Source: Eledone cirrhosa
Taxonomy: Eukaryota
NCBI GenBank assembly: GCA_964016885.1
Contig: OZ024750.1
Location: forward strand, 20,274,001-20,338,000
Length of the DNA: 64,000 bases
Direction: 5' to 3'
Under the pieces are notes generated by a model. The model worked only from the letters and a program-made list of their open reading frames with translations. It ran no database searches and was not told where the DNA came from. The position numbers were made by a program, and so were the translations under genes. Positions 59,036-64,000 of the stretch are shown piece after piece (positions within the stretch are counted from its first letter, which is position 1; each line of letters starts with the position of its first letter).

Positions 59036-60950
59036 TGCGATTCTAATATAACAATATTATATATTTAATATATGAAGTGATTGAATGTTTATATATCAGA
59101 AATATTATTTTAGAAAGAGAATTCTTTTACATACTATTTTACTAATTCAAACCAGAATATACATATGAGTTAGCATATGTTCGAGTAAAAGAAAGGAACC
59201 GCGCCGTTTACATCCGACAGGCACAACTTCTGGTAAAGGAGGTATGAGTTATTCTCATTACAGAGCGGACCAAATAAGACATGGGTAAAAGCATCGCCCC
59301 TAGAATGTTATTTTAATGCTATCACCTAAACATTATGAAAACAAAAGCTAACATTATTTGGATTTGAAATGGATTTGAAATGAGAACGAAGCAAACTGTT
59401 TAAGCGGAATAATTAATGTATTCAAATTAAACAATAAAAACATACTATACATTGAAAGTATGTTCTATACAACAACCTAAACTGGAGATATGACTGGGAG
59501 ATACATACTTTATGAGACAATTTACGCATCGTACATTTATATTTAATTATAAAGCGTAACCTTAAGATATGTCTACACAGGTGAGCTAAATTCTAGCCTC
59601 TGGATATGCAAGATTTGATGGTTTCTTCGAACCAACTTTGTCAGTTTGTAAGAAAATGTAGAGAACTTTTGGAAATCAGTGTATTATTTGAAAAGTAAGC
59701 CGATTATACAGGCGACGAATTGGCAAAATGGTTAACATATCTGCTAGGTTGCTTGGCGGTATTCGTTACGCTTCTGTTTGTTTTAACATTGAATGGAGTT
59801 TAAGTGAAACATGATTTACAACCGTTCATAAATAAACTAACAGGACATTTAAACAAAACACACCCTCTCTGTCTGTCTATAACACTCATTCTTGTTATCT
59901 TTATCTCTCTCTCCCCCTTTCTCTATCACTATGAAAGAACACAGAATTCACTCAGACAGGATCAAATACTTTAGAAGGACTCCCATCTTTCCATCAAGAC
60001 CTAACATGGAATGGTATACACAATTTTGTGGTAAATGTTTGTAGTTCTAAGAAACATAATCATACATCTGTTGAAAATGAGAATTCGCCACTTCAAAATG
60101 GGATTCTTGATTTCTAAATGAGACTTTACGACATGAACGGTTATTTGGAAGTGAGAATAGAGATTCAGACATGGGATTGATACGAAAGGATTAGACAATG
60201 ATGTTCTGAATGTCGATCAAATAGCATGGTATGAGTGCTGGTTATGATGTAGTGCAACAAAGAGATATTTACTAGAACAAAGAAGATCGGTGGATTTATA
60301 CACACACATGCACGCAATAGGCCAAGGTGCCACTGAGTGGGACTGAACTAACAACAGTTATATAAGAGCTTAGAATATTACATGTAGAATATCGAGGAAA
60401 CACGAATAAAATGACAATTCATCACCACAACATTGCTTGGTACAATTACTGTCTCAAATGTTTAGAAGGTTGAATACAGGAAGTATTACATCATTTATCA
60501 CTAATGGCAAACGAAACTTAATTGAATATTGAATATAAATGAGTAAAAATAAAATAGTGTTTGTGATAGTATGTTGTTATTTAATAACTTGTACACATCA
60601 TCAGTGTTGAACTTGCAGCGATTGGATGTTTCCAGTCTTAAAGCCTACATACACATCAAATACAACTGTTGTTGTTTATCCTTACCTTAGCAATTCTCAT
60701 GCAGACAACTGATCAATCCGTTTACAATATTATAGTTGTGATCACTATCTTTTATTTTCCATACATACATGATATTCTATTTCTCAATAAGTTGATAACA
60801 TTTATATTTGGATAAAAGAAGTAAGTGACATAGTCACTACTTTAACAATGATAGCGCAATGTCTTCAAAATGTTTTTAATTAAACATACGGTATATTGCC
60901 AAATATACTATACATACATTCATGTATACATCGCTATTTCAGACTACCAA

Positions 60951-61039
<89 letters not shown>

Positions 61040-61074
61040 ATATACACGGGTGTGTATGATTGTGTATAGAAGAT

Positions 61075-61423
61075 TATATTAATAAGAGGAATTCCAACTT
61101 TGTCTGATTAACTCGTTTTATTTACAATCCTTTAACATTTATAATAGTATTATAATGAAATAGTATGATAGAATATTAAATTCTAAGTGTTAATTGAACA
61201 AGTACTTTCATTCTTTCGCAATCTTCAGGTTCATAATATGTGGTGACAGTCAAGTTTGCAATTTTCAACTGTCAGTTGAAAATTGCAAACTTGACTGAAA
61301 GTACTTGTTCAATTAACACTTAGAATTTAATATTCTATCATACTATTTCATTATAATACCATTATAAATTTTAAAGGATTGTAAATAAAACGAGTTAATC
61401 AGACAAAGTTGGAATTCCTCTTA

Positions 61424-61431
<8 letters not shown>
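61075..61431. mobile_element. fold-back (about 135 bp arms) with minus-strand hammerhead (61195-61233) and inner 25 bp hairpin (61247-61297)
   Basis: UGAAC-CUGAAGA-..-GAAAG UA CUU-GUUCA on the minus strand. The right arm starts at TGAAAGTAC and ends in (TA)n. Confidence 0.85.
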
Positions 61432-61459
<28 letters not shown>

Positions 61460-62399
61460 CAAATGGCGTTTGTCTGTTGCCACACTATTTTGGAAATAGC
61501 ATGTTCACACTGGTTTAATAATACATTTAATACGTACAACTGTGACATCTCTTTACAAGAGTGCAAATATACAGCTTCAAACGATAATTAAAACTACCTC
61601 CACAACACAGAAAAATCAAATTTATTTCAAAGAAATAATTGATTATAGTTAATGTTGTTTTCACAGAACTAAACGCGGTAAGTTATTTAGATTCCTTTCG
61701 TAATTTCACCTGTTCCCAGGGTCACGGTGTCTTTTATCGATCTGAAGTCAATAAATGAATCCAGCTGTTTGATTAAATTGCTTACACTATTGTCTATAAC
61801 CTTATAGACTGATATTAATCTGAACACAATTTATAAACATTAGATATTTATTAGAGTTTACCAGGTCGATACTAAAGTGCTCTGGATTACTTGTAAGATT
61901 TTATCTAAGATTAACCGGCTCTCTTACGATTCGTTATGGACAAGATTGAAAATATTTATTTCCTTGGCGTAAATAAAATAACGCAAGTACCGACTTTGAA
62001 CAGTAATAAAATCACACTCACACAGTTTGAACTGTCTGGTTTAACAAGAGAAAGTTTACGCTAAAACAATCTTGTCTCATCTACATGATGATATTCATAG
62101 ATTTTCTTTTATTTTAAAAATAATGCTTTAATATAAATTTGTATTAACGTTCAACAAAACACATAACTTGCAACCATAATACATCTTTTGCGGATCCTAC
62201 ATTGTTTTATCGAAAAATTAAGGATTCTTTAAATCTTAATATACATGACAAAATGTCAAAAAGAAAAAGAAAAACAGGTGTGTTAATTTAAATAGTTATA
62301 GTAGCATATTTACTAGTGGACAGATCATTGTGAAAATTTGAAGTATTACATGCTAAAGAGAAAAGTGATGCATTGATAGTAATGAATGAGGGATTGACC

Positions 62400-63150
62400 G
62401 AAGAGAAAAGTGCATGCTTTCAGTCCTTTCAGCCTGGTCCAGCACACAAGCTCTCTCGCTACCGCCATCAGACATCGAAAAACTGCCTGGCCTTCATCCT
62501 GGTCAAAAGTAGGCTGTCATGTAATTTTCACTATGGGTTCTGTCGATATCAGGATCCGTCCTACGCGTGAAAATGGCTGCTCGACAAAATACTACAAGTA
62601 TTACACGGACACTAGACGAGTGCGTGCAGAATGGTTTCATCGCTCGGCACAAATACCCCAGGAGTCTGTTTGACAGCACTTCTCTGCATGTTGAGTCAGT
62701 CTCGGACCGGCAGGTCCCTTCCCCACCGGTAGAACTGCTAAGACAGGGATTTCTGGAAATAATCCATAGAACTCGTGTCAAATGATCTCCGGAACATAAT
62801 GGTCGACGCCCAGAGTCTCTTCAAGAAACTTCGTCACACTTGTCCACCACTAGTCATCTATAGAACTCCAGAGTGGGATTTCCACTGCTCGTATTGCCCG
62901 GCTGGTCGAGGTGAGGGAGCGCCTGACTGCATTTCAGATATCAAGCGCCCAGTCTTGCTCTCCTCTTGACTGCAACTCAGTCAAAGAGACGAACTGCAAA
63001 AATACTTTCCTCATAAACGGTGATCACACATGTTCACTGTTTAAGAATATCTGTAGATACCGTAGTCTCAGTGAATGTTCGCTCATCATTAGCCACGGCA
63101 CGCCCAGCCTTCAGCTTAGAGGGAGTTCGCTGCGTATAGACTGCCTAATC
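62400..63150 (-). mobile_element. decayed second Tx1/L1-clade fragment (ORF2 C-terminus)
   Basis: CATCATTAGCCACGGCA.nCCCAGCC (about 63085) and CAGGGA.TTCTGGAA (about 62745) match the 41317 and 40954 regions of the younger copy. Confidence 0.75.
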
Positions 63151-63784
63151 AAATGAACATTTCCTCTCCGCGAGATATTGAAGAGCAGGCCCTCTAGTTT
63201 GGCGAGGCTCGAACATGGAAAATACAATGGTTCATGACTTAACTAAATTGTGATGAAATGTTTGAGGAGACGAACCCAATATCAGGTGATATACACAAGG
63301 AATGAGGTCAATCTGGGATGAAATAGCAGAATTTTGAGAAAAGAAGCCGCTCGCAAATCAGATAGGATCATTGTTTCTATATTGAGGATTTTCGAATAAC
63401 TGTTGATAGTTATGACTCGGAGCTTAAGAACAAGACACGCGAGGAGTGTTTGGAATGTGTGGAGAACATAAATGATAACAATGAAAGCAAAAGAATAAAG
63501 GTTTTGTCAGTTGTAGAAAACTTATTAGCTAATAAAATTTAATTGATTAGAATGACATAAAGGCATGGTTATGATGATGGACATGAGGATATATTAAGAA
63601 TGTTATCTCATTATATCAGAGAAATCTCCAACGTAACACTCCGAATCTGACATATTTTGACAGGTGTAAACCGAAAGAGGGGAACAGAGAAAGCAGACTG
63701 TCTTAAAACTGTTTCAGACAGTAACAACAACAATAACCGTAACAGAGGGAAGAAAATTACGATTAATAAAAAACTATCATAGCT

Positions 63785-63985
63785 TATGATTTAGGCACAA
63801 TGCCAGAAATTTGAACGTAAGGGCAGAGTGGAACAAATAGACCCCAGAGTATTAGGAGGGCTTTATTTTATCGACCCGGTAAGGATGAAAGATAAAGGTA
63901 ACCTTGGTGGGGTTTGAATTCATAACAGAAAAGGACATAACTTTATGGCGCAAACCATGTCCGCCGCTCTACCGATACTGGCAAT
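63785..63985 (-). mobile_element. SINE family A (long variant, diverged)
   Basis: TTTATTTTATCGACCC.GTAAGGATGAAAG and CTCTACCGATACTGGCAAT. Confidence 0.8.
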
Positions 63986-64000
63986 TAATCATAATTTAGT

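Overview
Eukaryotic, AT-rich, gene-poor DNA saturated with (TA)n, (CA)n, (GA)n and (TAA)n microsatellites. The repeat landscape suggests an octopus or other cephalopod genome (inference). I found no supportable host protein-coding exon, and nearly all listed ORFs ([12 protein letters not shown]) are microsatellite artefacts. Recognisable content is mobile DNA: a 5'-truncated, once-frameshifted Tx1/L1-clade LINE (40.2-43.5 kb, minus) with a decayed second copy (62.4-63.2 kb), Dong/R4-type RLE LINE 3' ends in (TAA)n arrays, an internally deleted RTE, a Penelope-like (PLE) 3' end with a GIY-YIG remnant and hammerhead ribozyme, about 15 copies of one tRNA-derived SINE, four CORE-type SINEs, and MITE remnants. 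The main unexplained signal is about 12 long inverted repeats in two classes. Class A: head-to-head fold-backs of PLE-like 3' ends, often carrying minimal type I hammerhead motifs (some with a U3-A8 variant core), mostly abutting (TA)n, with several junctions at ribozyme stem II/GAAA. Class B: palindromes centred on a (TA)n tract that mirror flanking sequence. All structures were read by eye; no search or folding program was run.
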